Source: a virus
DNA: 64,000 bases
IMG/VR virus record: IMGVR_UViG_3300050821_017219
Location: 1 to 64,000 of that record
Strand: one strand, 5' to 3'
In this document: positions 10,802-21,720 of the stretch, piece after piece
Position numbering within the stretch: the stretch's first letter is position 1
How the letters are laid out: each line of letters begins with the position of its first letter
Notes under the pieces: model-generated
Told to the model about the DNA's origin: nothing
What the model saw: only the letters and a program-made list of their open reading frames with translations
The model's database searches: none
Translations under genes and position numbers: made by a program

Positions 10802-11410
10802 ATGAAGTTATCAATCTGCGCTTTCACGCTCACCGCAGCATGCGGAAGTGTTTCCAACGCGTTCGCTAGTAACCGCATCGACTGCCCGAGCCAGACGAAC
10901 TGGTATGCTGCGGTGTTCTCGAACGATCTCGACAACAACGTACATGGTTCGGGAACGTTTAGTTGGGATCCGAAACTCGCCACTGCGCGTTTCGCCCCTG
11001 ACTCCATGTACGGGTTCGAGACTCCCACGTGCGATGTGAGCGGCAGTAACGAGTATTTCGTGTGGGGCAACGCTAGGCCGCCTGGCAGTTCGTGCCCCGC
11101 GAACGCTTCACTTTATATCGAGCAGTCGGTCACGGACACGTATGGGGTTGCATGGGCCTCCTACAACTGGGGGACGATCGTGACCGCGTCCGTTACCTCG
11201 CTTGACTTCGGATATGTATATTGCGGCTATTATTACGGAGCCGGTAACACGATTGAGAGGCACTTGGACTGCGTGACTCAATCATGCACGTCAAGCTTTG
11301 ATTGCGCGGTCGAGGACGGGTACGTCAACAATCCGCCGCCCATTCACGCGACGAGTCACTATTTTCTCGATTACCACTTGATTAGGGGCTGCAACGGAGG
11401 TTCGCTATGA
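10802..11410 (+). CDS. Cys-rich secreted protein/lipoprotein
   Basis: MKLSICAFTLTAAC signal/lipobox; AGGAG SD. Confidence 0.6.
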   Translation: MKLSICAFTLTAACGSVSNAFASNRIDCPSQTNWYAAVFSNDLDNNVHGSGTFSWDPKLATARFAPDSMYGFETPTCDVSGSNEYFVWGNARPPGSSCPANASLYIEQSVTDTYGVAWASYNWGTIVTASVTSLDFGYVYCGYYYGAGNTIERHLDCVTQSCTSSFDCAVEDGYVNNPPPIHATSHYFLDYHLIRGCNGGSL

Positions 11411-12477
11411 GAACGTCAATCATTGTACTGCCGTTCGCGCTCGTAGCGTGTAGCAGTCATCCAGAAACGCTACAGGACACGTCGCACCCTCGTGTCGAAC
11501 CTGAAGATTATCGTATGGCGGCCGGTGCGCTTACGTCCGACTCGGCCGGCTATATCGCCACGTACGGAGGGCTCATCGAGCCGCCAACGGCTAAGCAATA
11601 CGTGCTCACTGCTGTGGGCGACTCATTTGTCGAGGGGAACGAGGTCGACTTCGAGCCATTGCGTTATAGCGTTGGTCAACGCTGGAACGCCACGAACTTG
11701 TGTTCGTCTTCTGGCTACTGCGACATGCAAACGCTCTATAACCGCGCCAATCCTGGGTGGCACATCTACACGCGCACTGACGGCCGACTCGGTATTACTC
11801 GAAGCTCTCAGGCGCAGGTGTTCGGATTTGAGTTCAACGTCGCATTCAACATGGGGCCGCCGTACACGTTCGGCTGTCTTGGCACCGAGACTGGTACCCC
11901 TAGCGGGCACACGACGTGGTCCACTAACTGTATCTCCAACCGATCGCAAATCATCTGGCCGCTAGGTTTCCCGACTGCGTTCGTTGCGAACAACTTCATT
12001 GGCCCGAGTTCGCCCACGCGGTATATGACCCATGGATTTGACAACGTCGATGGCCACGACACCCCAGTGAATCTAGGGCTCAACGGCGAAAACTGCTCGT
12101 TCGTCAACCCGCCAACCGCCTGCACTTGGCAGCCACCGCAAGACCCGACCCACTACAATGATGGCCGCTGGCAGCTCTACCCTGGCACGTCCTCCGCTGG
12201 ATCGCAGATTGCGTACTTGGGTGTGGTCACGTCGGCCGTGCATTTTCTGTCCTCCCAAACAGGCACGCTGCAGAACGGCCCTACGGACTACGAGGCGTGG
12301 TCCGGAAGTCTAGGAGGCGGCGCCTGTCCGACGAATCTGGTCGCGACTCGTTCGTCCTTCACCGGCGCTACGCTGATCAGCGTGTTTACGGACCACTGGT
12401 TAGCCTCATCTGAGGCGGTCAACTGTAACTCGATCGGTAGCGGCTCATTCTGGCCAGTCATCGCCCCGCTACCCTAG
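11407..12477 (+). CDS. Lipoprotein, beta-rich
   Basis: MRTSIIVLPFALVAC lipobox; GGAGG SD. Confidence 0.65.
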   Translation: MRTSIIVLPFALVACSSHPETLQDTSHPRVEPEDYRMAAGALTSDSAGYIATYGGLIEPPTAKQYVLTAVGDSFVEGNEVDFEPLRYSVGQRWNATNLCSSSGYCDMQTLYNRANPGWHIYTRTDGRLGITRSSQAQVFGFEFNVAFNMGPPYTFGCLGTETGTPSGHTTWSTNCISNRSQIIWPLGFPTAFVANNFIGPSSPTRYMTHGFDNVDGHDTPVNLGLNGENCSFVNPPTACTWQPPQDPTHYNDGRWQLYPGTSSAGSQIAYLGVVTSAVHFLSSQTGTLQNGPTDYEAWSGSLGGGACPTNLVATRSSFTGATLISVFTDHWLASSEAVNCNSIGSGSFWPVIAPLP

Positions 12478-12507
12478 TCGGCTCAATAGCTCTAAATAAG
12501 GAAAGCC

Positions 12508-12735
12508 ATGAAACCGTCAATCGTCATTACCACGCTCGCTCTCGCCGCGTGCGGTAGCCGACCGCCGACGGCAATCATCGAAGAGCCGCCAGATCGCCTC
12601 GCTGCCGCCGGAACCGGTCTGCTACTCGAGCGGCGCGCCGCAGGACAGCTCGCGAATCATCACGGAGTGGGTGCTCACGCTCTAACTCGTATCGTCTCGT
12701 CTACGTCTCAAACGCCGCCAGCGCCAACGCGTTGA
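12508..12735 (+). CDS. Short, possibly degenerate lipoprotein
   Basis: MKPSIVITTLALAAC lipobox; N-terminus resembles ORF 11407. Confidence 0.45.
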   Translation: MKPSIVITTLALAACGSRPPTAIIEEPPDRLAAAGTGLLLERRAAGQLANHHGVGAHALTRIVSSTSQTPPAPTR

Positions 12736-13166
12736 CGGCGTTTCTCTTTTGTGAAACGCTGAACCGTGTGACGACGCCGCCTGTTTCGCCGGTGACGCCC
12801 GACGAGCGTCTCGCAGCCATCTCAGGGAAACTCGACATAGTCATCCGCCATGTCGAGATCGATAGGCGTCTCGTCGACGGCTTCGACGACCGCATCGCGC
12901 GTCTGGAAGACGTCGCCAAAAAGCAAGCGGAAACGGCGAAGATGCTCGCCGACGCTGCGATGCGGTTGTCGATCGCGCGCGTCGCGAGCGTGCCGTCGCT
13001 GCGTATCTTGACGTTGCTCGTCATCGCCGCAGTTGCTGGAGGAGCAGCCGGCGGAGTCGCAGTAGCCGGCCGTCGTCAATCAAATTCGCCGCAAAATCAG
13101 ACGATACAGCCGACAAATCTGTCGTTGCCGACGCCGAATTTGTCGCTGTCACCGTCACAAAAGTGA
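12732..13166 (+). CDS. Coiled-coil protein with C-terminal TM segment (holin/spanin-like candidate)
   Basis: Heptad region followed by hydrophobic ILTLLVIAAVAGG; start uncertain. Confidence 0.4.
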   Translation: MTAFLFCETLNRVTTPPVSPVTPDERLAAISGKLDIVIRHVEIDRRLVDGFDDRIARLEDVAKKQAETAKMLADAAMRLSIARVASVPSLRILTLLVIAAVAGGAAGGVAVAGRRQSNSPQNQTIQPTNLSLPTPNLSLSPSQK

Positions 13167-13171
13167 CGCGG

Positions 13172-13208
13172 GTGACAGCTGTGACTTTTTCGTGGTAGCC
13201 TTCGTCTA
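13172..13208 (+). promoter_or_regulatory. Sigma70-type promoter with predicted leaderless start at ATG 13209
   Basis: GTGACA (13172-13177), 18 nt, TAGCCT (13196-13201, preceded by TG), 7 nt, ATG; no SD. Confidence 0.5.
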
Positions 13209-13610
13209 ATGCGCCCGCGACCCCCCGCTGACCCTCGGACGTTCGCTCGCCTCAGTTACACGACGCTTTTCGATCACGTCGTCCCGACAAGCGTCGTCAT
13301 TCCGACGCTATACGGCAAGCTCTACGCGATCAACGGTGCGGGAAACCTCCGCTTCTTGCTGCCACCGTCGTCGTTCCTCACGAAGGCGAACGGCCAGAAG
13401 GACACCTACCACGTCGGGTTCATCAACTGCGACGGCGCCAACCAAGTCAACATCGGGACGAGCGACGGCAAGCTGATCAACTTCTCGGGCGCCGACGTCA
13501 TCATCACCGCCGGAGAGCCGGGGGGGTTCGCCATCTGTTTTTGGGCGAACGACGCTGGAGTAGGCGGGGGTTGGGTCGCGATGCTCGGTTGCTGCGCGCC
13601 ACCGACGTAA
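13209..13610 (+). CDS. Beta-rich putative virion protein
   Basis: First ORF of the fibre cluster; beta-strand and Gly-rich composition. Confidence 0.5.
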   Translation: MRPRPPADPRTFARLSYTTLFDHVVPTSVVIPTLYGKLYAINGAGNLRFLLPPSSFLTKANGQKDTYHVGFINCDGANQVNIGTSDGKLINFSGADVIITAGEPGGFAICFWANDAGVGGGWVAMLGCCAPPT

Positions 13611-13655
13611 TTCTGCGAATTTGAAACAAATCCGCAAACATTCAAGGAATCAACG

Positions 13656-14249
13656 ATGAAATCGACACTTCTTGTTCGCCGTGCGCGTGTTTCGATCTCC
13701 TACGAGCCGCAGTCGGGGGCGACCGGCGCAACAGGATCGCCGGGGGGTGCAACCGGAGCAACCGGCGCAGCGGGCTCACCTGGAGGAGCAACAGGCGCAA
13801 CGGGAGCCGCAGGCGGAGGGGCGATCGTCAACTTCGCCTCCTTCTTCGCGCTCATGCCCGGCGACAACGCGTCGACCATCGCCGTAGGCGCGGCGATTCA
13901 GTTTCCGCAAACCGGACCGACGGCCGGGCTCTCCCCGCCGACGCGCGCTTCAGCATCGACGTTTACTCTCCCAAACGTCGGCGTCTACGAAGTCACGTGG
14001 CAGGCGAGCATCACCGAAGCCGGACAGCTGCAGCTCGCGCTCGCTGGGGTCGGTCTGGCCAGCACAGTCGTTGGTCGAGCAACGGGCACCAACCAGATCT
14101 TCGGATCGACCATCATCAACAACCTCGTCGCTGGTCAAGTTCTGTCGGTCATCAATCCGGCCGGCAACTCAACGGCGTTGACGATGACGGTCATTGCCGG
14201 AGGAACGCATTCGGTTTCGGCGACGCTGAGCATCAAACAGCTGTCGTAA
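13656..14249 (+). CDS. Collagen-like fibre protein 1 with BclA-C-like (TNF/C1q-like) head
   Basis: STLLVRRARV N-motif; GAT triplets; FTLPNVGVYEVTWQ...GQLQLAL...ATLSIKQL resembles exosporium BclA C-terminal domain. Confidence 0.75.
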   Translation: MKSTLLVRRARVSISYEPQSGATGATGSPGGATGATGAAGSPGGATGATGAAGGGAIVNFASFFALMPGDNASTIAVGAAIQFPQTGPTAGLSPPTRASASTFTLPNVGVYEVTWQASITEAGQLQLALAGVGLASTVVGRATGTNQIFGSTIINNLVAGQVLSVINPAGNSTALTMTVIAGGTHSVSATLSIKQLS

Positions 14250-14481
14250 ATTCAAAGACGTATCTAAAACGCCGATGAATTTGTCGAGACAAACGCAGCT
14301 TCTCGTCGATCAGGCGAACACCATCAAGGCCGCCTACGACGATCTACTGCAACAAATCAGACGAGATGGCCGCTTCGACTTCAGCGCGGCAGTAAAAGCC
14401 GCCGACGTGGAGATGCGCTGGAAGATAGCGCGACTCGCCGCACTAGAGGCTATCGCCAAAGACGCCGAGATAGAGGTTTGA

Positions 14482-17121
14482 TTGAGTGCCAACGGCCCCC
14501 CCGGTAATCCCCAGCTCGATGTGCTCCGTGCTCGCGTAGCCATCGGCGGCATCGGCGGGGGTGCGTCCGGCCCTACCGGTGCGACGGGTCCGGCCGGTTC
14601 ACCAGGGGGAGCGACGGGCGCAACTGGTGCCCCCGGAGCAACAGGCGCAGGCGCAACCGGAGCAGTCGGGGCTACAGGTGCGATCGGCGCTACTGGCGCA
14701 GTCGGGGCAACTGGCGCTACCGGCTCTGGCGCTACCGGGGCAACCGGAGCAACAGGTTCCGCCCCTCTCTTTTCGATCACAAATCCAGCGTTTGCGGGAG
14801 GCGCCAGCGCCGCTGCCACACCGACGCAGAACGTCGCCGCTATCAATGCGACAATCGCGGCAGCAAATGCCGCGGGGGGCACGGTCTATGTCCCGAACGA
14901 TCCGGCCGGGGCATACCGCATCAACGCGCCGATCTCGATCCCTCATGACACGGTGATCGTCGGGGAAGCCTCGTCGATCGGTACGCCCAAAAGCGTATTG
15001 CAAGCGGCCGTTGCTATGCCGGCCATGCTGCAAGTTGAAACGCAGCAAAATCAAACCCTGCCGACCCCTGCGCAGATCCGCGCGATCACGCTCGACCAAA
15101 ATCTTCTCGCGATCTGGGGCATCGATCGCCGAAGTGACCTCTCGAGCCGATATAGCAGTGTGCAGTGTCGTAACGCGCCGCTCGATGGCTTCCACTCGAG
15201 CTCACATTCGGTGGCCGTCGCGATTTCGGCTATCGTTCCGGGCGGTGGCGCTGGCGCAGGACAGCTCACGCTCTCGCAACCGGATGTCAGCTACGCGGGC
15301 GACATCTCAAGTTCGGGTACGCACTACGCCATCAAGTTTGTGGTCGCTGGAGGGTACGGCGTCGGGCAATTCGTACTGTCGCAAGACGGGGGCGTAACCT
15401 TCGCTACGGCGCGGCAGACAGTCCAGGCCGTCTCCAATCTCATTGTGACACAGGCTGCTCAGTATACCCACGCGATGGGGTTGCAGGCAACCTTTGCCAA
15501 TATCGTATACGGTCTCAACTGGACTTATACATGGACGGCCACGGGTGGGCTTGAGCCCAACACGAGCAATACGACAATCAACGCGCTCGTGCGCTTCGAC
15601 GATTGCTCTGTCGTCAATCTCGGTGTGGCGTATTGCTCGGACGCCGGTACGCGCGCGATCTACAGCAATCTTTTGGCTCAGGCCTTCACGACTGGTGGGA
15701 CCGTCACCTCGACGCCAGGCTCGCAGCTCTTGGTCGGCACCGGGACGGCGTTTCTCACAGGCTCGCAACCGAATTTGGCGCCTCGACCCGGCGATACTAT
15801 CTGGCTGAATAACAGCCCGGCGGACCCTCGGATCGCCAACTTTCAGATCCTCGCCGTCATGGACGACTTCACGGTGGTCGTATCCGTGGGCGATGCCCCC
15901 AACTTGCCCGCCCTCGCGGGTGTGCACTTCGCGCTCGTCGTCGGAGCCGGCTGCTACGTCACCGATGGCGGCGACAACATCGGAGAGGCTTGGCACGACG
16001 GCTACATGGAGACGGTCGCCAATGGTTGGCGGCTAAGCGGCGTCTCGCCCATGAGCCTCTATAGCCCATTTCTCGAAGCCGACTCCGCCGGTATTGGCGT
16101 GGGGATTGGCGGCCAGATGAGCGCGGGTGCTCAAACTATCGTACAAGCGCCCTACATCAAACTATCAACGCAAGGCCGCCAGTATTACGTCCAGCAGGCT
16201 TCCCTCTGCGAAATCATCGACCCCGAGGGGCCGTTCGGGCCCGATGGGCTAGGGGGCTCGGGCTTCGCGCGCGTCACGTTCAACGGCCAGCCGTACGCCT
16301 ATAACTTCGTCCAGAATGACTTTCAACCCAAAGCCAATTTGGTTTTGCAGGCAAGCGTCGTCTCGGTCACTGTGCCCAATCAAGTCCTCGTCGGCCCTCC
16401 CCTCGATGTGTTCCAGGGGGGCGCCACGGCGTACACGGTGCTTGTCCCGAATGCGGATTACATCGGGACGGCCAACACGCCGCTTTTGCCCGCGCCGAGC
16501 GTGCCCGGACAGCTTTGGCTCATCGAAAATCAGTTGAACAGCGCTCACGTCTTCGAGTTCTTCGATAACGGGACATTCGGGGCATCTCACCTGAACCTGG
16601 CGTGTCAGTCGCTTTTTATGTTTCCGGGCGAGCGGATGCTACTCGTCGCCTCGGAGGTCGCCGGCTCTGTTGCCTCGTGGCAGATCATGGGGGACGTCCA
16701 GCGGAGCTACCGCGGCCAGAGCGGCGAGGGAAGCAAGTGCGGGCCGGGCTCGGGCGTGGCGATCGGCGTCGGAACGATCAACGTGCAGCTCTGGGACGTC
16801 GTGTTTGTTCCAACGAGAGGTTTTGCCGCAAAGCTCAACGTCAGCGTCAAGGACGCGGCATCGGCCTCGTTTGCGTGTTGGCTCGGCTGCACGGTGGGCG
16901 TCGACGGCACGGGGGCCATCATCGGGCAATTCGTACCGACGACGCAGGCGCAAGGCGCCTTCGGCAGCAACGCGGGGCTGCCCCCCGTCGGTTGGGCAAT
17001 GCAATTCGCTATCGTAGTAATCGGGGGCAGTAACCAAGTGGCTGCGCAGGTGACAACGACAGGCGGCATCACGGCAAAAGCGCTTTCCCAGAGCGAGCAG
17101 ATCGCTGCATACCCAATTTAG
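14482..17121 (+). CDS. Collagen-like fibre/spike protein 2 with pectate-lyase-like beta-helix
   Basis: DVLRARV N-motif; GAT repeats; NVAAINATIAAANAAGGTVYVP...AYRI..PISIP..TVIVGE beta-helix cap motif; TTG start. Confidence 0.75.
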   Translation: MSANGPPGNPQLDVLRARVAIGGIGGGASGPTGATGPAGSPGGATGATGAPGATGAGATGAVGATGAIGATGAVGATGATGSGATGATGATGSAPLFSITNPAFAGGASAAATPTQNVAAINATIAAANAAGGTVYVPNDPAGAYRINAPISIPHDTVIVGEASSIGTPKSVLQAAVAMPAMLQVETQQNQTLPTPAQIRAITLDQNLLAIWGIDRRSDLSSRYSSVQCRNAPLDGFHSSSHSVAVAISAIVPGGGAGAGQLTLSQPDVSYAGDISSSGTHYAIKFVVAGGYGVGQFVLSQDGGVTFATARQTVQAVSNLIVTQAAQYTHAMGLQATFANIVYGLNWTYTWTATGGLEPNTSNTTINALVRFDDCSVVNLGVAYCSDAGTRAIYSNLLAQAFTTGGTVTSTPGSQLLVGTGTAFLTGSQPNLAPRPGDTIWLNNSPADPRIANFQILAVMDDFTVVVSVGDAPNLPALAGVHFALVVGAGCYVTDGGDNIGEAWHDGYMETVANGWRLSGVSPMSLYSPFLEADSAGIGVGIGGQMSAGAQTIVQAPYIKLSTQGRQYYVQQASLCEIIDPEGPFGPDGLGGSGFARVTFNGQPYAYNFVQNDFQPKANLVLQASVVSVTVPNQVLVGPPLDVFQGGATAYTVLVPNADYIGTANTPLLPAPSVPGQLWLIENQLNSAHVFEFFDNGTFGASHLNLACQSLFMFPGERMLLVASEVAGSVASWQIMGDVQRSYRGQSGEGSKCGPGSGVAIGVGTINVQLWDVVFVPTRGFAAKLNVSVKDAASASFACWLGCTVGVDGTGAIIGQFVPTTQAQGAFGSNAGLPPVGWAMQFAIVVIGGSNQVAAQVTTTGGITAKALSQSEQIAAYPI

Positions 17122-17148
17122 CGTCTGAATTCCGAAAGCAAAATTCCA

Positions 17149-18042
17149 ATGGCAGTCGACCATCCCTTCGTTCGTCGTTCCCGCGTCGCCAACGTCGCTC
17201 TCACCGGCGGAAGTGGCGGCGGTGCCACCGGCGCTTCAGGTAGCAATGGAGCGACTGGCGCTACCGGCTCAAACGGAGCGACAGGTGCGACCGGCGCGGG
17301 GGTAACCGGCGCGACGGGCAGTGCTGGCGCTACAGGATCTCTCGGCGCAACCGGCGCGACCGGAAGTGGAGCAACAGGCGCTACCGGAAGCCAAGGCGCG
17401 ACGGGACCTGGCGCAGGGGCGACCGGGGCTACGGGAGCGACCGGACCGGCCGGCGTTGGCGCTACAGGTGCGACTGGAGCGGGCGTTACGGGAGCCACCG
17501 GAGCCGTAGGCGCAACTGGGTCGGCGGGGGTCGGAGCAACCGGTGCAACTGGCGCAGGAACGGTCGGTGCGACTGGCGCAACGGGCGCGGGCGGCGCAAC
17601 AGGCGCTGCTGGTGCAACGGGGGCGGGCGGGGCCACCGGAGCTACGGGGGCGACACCCGCCGCGACGCTCGTTCAGACCACAAGTGTTTCTAGTGGAAAT
17701 ACGGGGCTAACAACGACCGGCCAAACTCTCACTTCTGTAGGGATTACAATAGCGACTGGGCAGCGCGTCTTTATTTGGGCCTCTTGCTCATCGCAAATCA
17801 CTGCGGGCGTCACATCGACGGCTACCTACAAAATCACGCGAAATGGAACTCAACTTCAGGCGGCGGTGTTCCATAACCAGACCAATGCGGCTACGAGCAG
17901 CACTCCGGTATGTATGTTCGCTTTTGATACTGCGGGCGTAGCCGGTGTGCAGACCTACGCCTTTGTCGGAACGACGAGCGGTGTCAACGGTGACATCACC
18001 GCGATCGCACCGGAGATGATATTCTTCATCACTACTGTCTAA
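17149..18042 (+). CDS. Collagen-like fibre protein 3
   Basis: PFVRRSRV N-motif; roughly 145 aa of GAT repeats; beta-sandwich C-terminus. Confidence 0.8.
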   Translation: MAVDHPFVRRSRVANVALTGGSGGGATGASGSNGATGATGSNGATGATGAGVTGATGSAGATGSLGATGATGSGATGATGSQGATGPGAGATGATGATGPAGVGATGATGAGVTGATGAVGATGSAGVGATGATGAGTVGATGATGAGGATGAAGATGAGGATGATGATPAATLVQTTSVSSGNTGLTTTGQTLTSVGITIATGQRVFIWASCSSQITAGVTSTATYKITRNGTQLQAAVFHNQTNAATSSTPVCMFAFDTAGVAGVQTYAFVGTTSGVNGDITAIAPEMIFFITTV

Positions 18043-18077
18043 TCGGCTCTAGAAGGTTTCAAGAAAGCAAATACAAA

Positions 18078-19820
18078 ATGGGTCGTTCAACGCTACTTGT
18101 CCGTCGATCTCGCATCAGCGTCGATCCCTCGCCGTCGGGTGGAGGCGGAGGGACGGGGGCCACCGGATCTCCCGGCGCGACCGGGGCCAACGGCGCTACG
18201 GGTGCGACCGGCGCCGGTGTCACGGGAGCGACGGGCAGCGCGGGGGCGACCGGTTCTGCGGGAGCCACGGGGGCTACGGGAGCCGGAGTGACCGGTGCAA
18301 CCGGCTCGCAAGGTGCGACCGGACCGGGCGGTGGTGCGACCGGCGCTACAGGCGCGACCGGAAGTAATGGTGCGACGGGCGCTACCGGAGCCGGTGTTAC
18401 TGGCGCTACCGGCGCCGCTGGAGCTACTGGCGCGGCGGGCGCTGGAGCAACCGGAGCGACGGGGGCAGGTACAGCGGGAGCTACGGGAGCAACTGGGGCA
18501 GGCGGGGGCGGTGCCCTCACGGCGTTCGGAGCGGACCTCGTTGGGTCGGCTGCGACAACGCAGTGGATCGCATCGATCAGCGGGCAAGGTGGTACTGGCG
18601 GGACCGTTCCCATCGGAGGGTCCGCCAATACGGTGATGCAGTTCCGGGCCGGCGCCGTTCAATCTTCGGCGGGGCTTTCGCAGGCACAGCAGACGAGTGA
18701 CATCCCGACGGTCGACCTCGTCTTCGGGTCGCAGCGAGGATTCGCGACTGCAACAGGAACCAACCGCACCGCGGGCAGCATCGTCGCTGCGATTCCAGCG
18801 GTCACCAACGCTGGTACGGCTGCAGGGGCCTTCCGTGTGACGGAATCAGGCGCTGGAGTCATCGCCATCGCGCCTGGAGGCTTCGGGCAAGCGCCAACGT
18901 CTGGCGCTGCTGCTGCCGCAATTTGGTTGAACCTCACTCGCGGTACAGAGTCCGGTACGAACTACTCCATCGCAGCAAACTCTATCAATACGACCGTAAA
19001 TGGAGTCTCTACCGTTCGTCTCGACGTCGCTGGTTTCGATCAGCTTTCCATGACGTCGGTTGGTGCGCAGTTCTTCCGCACCAACGGAACGGTCGCATTC
19101 GGCGGTGGGACCGGCGGAATTATCTCGATCGACAGCTCAGCGATCGTCCCACCGACGGCACTTCCGACGACTGCGGTGCTGGTTTACGCCAATACCGGCT
19201 CCCCAGGCAGCCTAGGGCTGATGGCGACGGGGATCCAGTTCAACAAGACGCTCGGGACGGTTACCGCAACGATCGGATCGGACGGACCCACGACGGATGT
19301 CATACCAAACGGCATCCTAGTGCAAGCGGCATCGGCCTTTGCTGCTGCAGTCACCAACACCACTGGTGGGTCGGTGATTATCGCTGCTGGGGCCGCCTCT
19401 GCGCTCTCCAACGGAACGCAGATCTCACTGTCCGGCGGGGTCACCGGTGGTGGTGTACCCACCAATCTCGGGACGGTTCAGTTCCGAACGTCGGGCGTCG
19501 GCGGCAACTTGTCGGACCCATCGACGCTGTCGGTACCGTTCGCGTGGATCACGGCGCCGTCGTTCTCCATCGCGTCGGGTGGAACGATTACCCTCTCGGG
19601 CGCGCAGGCGGCATCGCCGGTGCTGACGATGACTGGGACGACGGCCGGAACGACGATCGCGTTTCCGAACGTTCCTGGCTTCTGGCTAGTCGACTTCAGC
19701 ACCGTAACAGGTCCGCTCACCTTCACGAGCGGATCTGGAACGACGGCCGCGTTGACGGCAGTGGCGGGAGCCATCGTGACCGTCGTCACCATGGGTGGAA
19801 ACAGAATCCGCATCAAGTAA
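18078..19820 (+). CDS. Collagen-like fibre protein 4
   Basis: [11 protein letters not shown]-motif; GAT repeats; long Gly/Thr/Ala-rich beta C-terminal region. Confidence 0.8.
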   Translation: MGRSTLLVRRSRISVDPSPSGGGGGTGATGSPGATGANGATGATGAGVTGATGSAGATGSAGATGATGAGVTGATGSQGATGPGGGATGATGATGSNGATGATGAGVTGATGAAGATGAAGAGATGATGAGTAGATGATGAGGGGALTAFGADLVGSAATTQWIASISGQGGTGGTVPIGGSANTVMQFRAGAVQSSAGLSQAQQTSDIPTVDLVFGSQRGFATATGTNRTAGSIVAAIPAVTNAGTAAGAFRVTESGAGVIAIAPGGFGQAPTSGAAAAAIWLNLTRGTESGTNYSIAANSINTTVNGVSTVRLDVAGFDQLSMTSVGAQFFRTNGTVAFGGGTGGIISIDSSAIVPPTALPTTAVLVYANTGSPGSLGLMATGIQFNKTLGTVTATIGSDGPTTDVIPNGILVQAASAFAAAVTNTTGGSVIIAAGAASALSNGTQISLSGGVTGGGVPTNLGTVQFRTSGVGGNLSDPSTLSVPFAWITAPSFSIASGGTITLSGAQAASPVLTMTGTTAGTTIAFPNVPGFWLVDFSTVTGPLTFTSGSGTTAALTAVAGAIVTVVTMGGNRIRIK

Positions 19821-19841
19821 GACGTTTGCAATCGACGACGT

Positions 19842-20219
19842 CTATGGCGACGCCGTCTTCGACGAGGCCGCATTCGACGGCTTCGTCTCCGGCGCATCCA
19901 AGACGGCCTGGGTGAACGGGAGCAGCCGTACGGCGATGGTGGGGGGGAAGAACGCCTTCGGCTGCTCCGCGATGCTCCGAAGCGTCGCGTAGTCTTCGTC
20001 TTCCAACGCCAACACGTCGCCGGCTTTGACGGCATCGAAGGCATCGATGACATGGCTCCACCGTACGAGCCTCGTGAAGGCACCTTGCGTCGCGCGCTCG
20101 TCGTTCAGCCAGATGTTGAGCGCGTACTTCTTGAACGAGACCGCCTCGGGTCGCGCGTCGGGCGCGATCTCGCGGTGGGGGGTGACGATGATGTCGGCGG
20201 GGATGGTGATGTAACGCAT
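19842..20219 (-). CDS. Hypothetical protein (fibre chaperone-like candidate)
   Basis: 125-aa ORF with AAGG SD, convergent with the fibre genes. Confidence 0.5.
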   Translation of the reverse strand: MRYITIPADIIVTPHREIAPDARPEAVSFKKYALNIWLNDERATQGAFTRLVRWSHVIDAFDAVKAGDVLALEDEDYATLRSIAEQPKAFFPPTIAVRLLPFTQAVLDAPETKPSNAASSKTASP

Positions 20220-20264
20220 TAGTTTCGCCTTTCGATTGTTGAAATCGTTTTGAATTTACAAAAT

Positions 20265-20831
20265 TTATAGAATCCACGCGCGGCCAAAACATTCAGACTC
20301 GCCGCGTAGTGTGACGACTCTGCCTTGTTGGTTTGTCCAACTGTTCAACGCAGCTTCGGTCAAAGTTTGCGGATGGCCTTCGTGTGGCGGCGTGTCTATC
20401 CACTCGAAGATCTTCAGCTGCTTCGCGCAGGCCTTCGCGTTGGCGATGATCTTCGCTGGGTCGTCGGTATGTTGGAGGCAATTGTAGATGAGCGCAACGT
20501 CGAAAACAGACGCCTGGACGATGTCTTCGCCGCGAGCTTGCAGGGAGACGATATTGGCCGAACGATATCTGTCGTAAACCCATTGTGGGTAGACGCCAGG
20601 ATCGACAACGAGGCAATGCCTCACATTCTCGAATTTCAATAAGACACTGCAAGGACCACCGCCGATGTCGATGAAGGATTGATTGTTGCCGTTGAAACTC
20701 CAGGCCGTTCGCCAAGTGGGGTAGGATAGAAATCCCATCTCTCGAAGGTAGAGAAGCTGCTTCGTCTCTTCGTTGTAGCTGTTACAGCAGTTACCCCAGA
20801 AGCGAGATTCGAGATCATCATGCGAATCCAT
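20265..20831 (-). CDS. Class I SAM-dependent methyltransferase
   Basis: IDIGGGP motif I; FDVALIYNCLQHTDDP; start refined to ATG 20831. Confidence 0.8.
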   Translation of the reverse strand: MDSHDDLESRFWGNCCNSYNEETKQLLYLREMGFLSYPTWRTAWSFNGNNQSFIDIGGGPCSVLLKFENVRHCLVVDPGVYPQWVYDRYRSANIVSLQARGEDIVQASVFDVALIYNCLQHTDDPAKIIANAKACAKQLKIFEWIDTPPHEGHPQTLTEAALNSWTNQQGRVVTLRGESECFGRAWIL

Positions 20832-20833
20832 GT

Positions 20834-21718
20834 TTAGCCTCGTTTGAAGATTAGACCGTTTTGGGTCAACCAACCGAGATGGTAGCCACCGCGCATCCAA
20901 TCGAGCCATTCGTCGGTAGCGTCAGGGTCTAGCCAATAGCTAGCGTGGTGTAGCTTCTCCACCCAGTAGGCTTTCGGTTGGCAGTTGATATGGCCTTCGC
21001 CGCCTTGACCGGGGCGAGCCGCGCTGAAGTAGACCGTCGACGGATTGTTTGCAGCGATAAATTCGACGTAGGCGTCGGCTTTTTCTGCGGGTATATGCTC
21101 GCCGACTTCGAGACTCAGTACGACGCCTGGTTGCGGACACCAACTGCAAAAGCCCGGCTTGTCATCAGCGATGATATCGACTCGTTTGAGATGATCGCCT
21201 TCGACCAATCGCGAGTCGTTGTCTACGCCAAATGCGATCAAGCCGGCGTCGCGCATCGCTTTGACGTAGATGCCTGGGCCGCATCCGACGTCTAAGATTG
21301 TTGCGTCTTTACGATGAAGACGAAACCAGTCGGCGATGCGTATTGCCTGCGGCGTCTCTTCGCGCGTAATTCTATCGAAGTCACATTTTTCGACTTGATT
21401 CATCTGTCTTTTCTTTCGCTGAGACTTTCGTGTCAATTCGGCCGATTTTTGGCGATGCTCGACGCAGTAGTAGAAGCCTTCCGACGAATTATTGCAGCGA
21501 CTCCAACCGCAGATTTTAGTTTCGTCGTCTGTTAGCGGCGTCGCGCAAGCGTCGATGGCTTCTTGTAGCCATCTCTGACTGGCGATGCGCGTTTCGTTTT
21601 CGACGGCGGCGATGTTGGCGTGGCTGAGCAGACCGAGGCGAACGGCGAGGCGCTGCATCGACAGATTGGCCTTGTGTCTAGCCTTTCGTAAGTCGAAGCC
21701 TGTCAACCGCGACGCCAT
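20834..21718 (-). CDS. XRE-HTH plus Cys-rich segment fused to class I methyltransferase
   Basis: LRKARHKANLS...AVEN HTH; CGWSRC..YYCVEH; LDVGCGPG; SLEVGEHIP; PGQGGEGHINCQ. Confidence 0.8.
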   Translation of the reverse strand: MASRLTGFDLRKARHKANLSMQRLAVRLGLLSHANIAAVENETRIASQRWLQEAIDACATPLTDDETKICGWSRCNNSSEGFYYCVEHRQKSAELTRKSQRKKRQMNQVEKCDFDRITREETPQAIRIADWFRLHRKDATILDVGCGPGIYVKAMRDAGLIAFGVDNDSRLVEGDHLKRVDIIADDKPGFCSWCPQPGVVLSLEVGEHIPAEKADAYVEFIAANNPSTVYFSAARPGQGGEGHINCQPKAYWVEKLHHASYWLDPDATDEWLDWMRGGYHLGWLTQNGLIFKRG

Positions 21719-21720
21719 CG

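Noticed and set aside
14334-18628. Minus-strand PVAPVAP ORFs (14334, 17118, 18059; also 26205)
   Set aside because: Antisense shadows of the GAT repeats.
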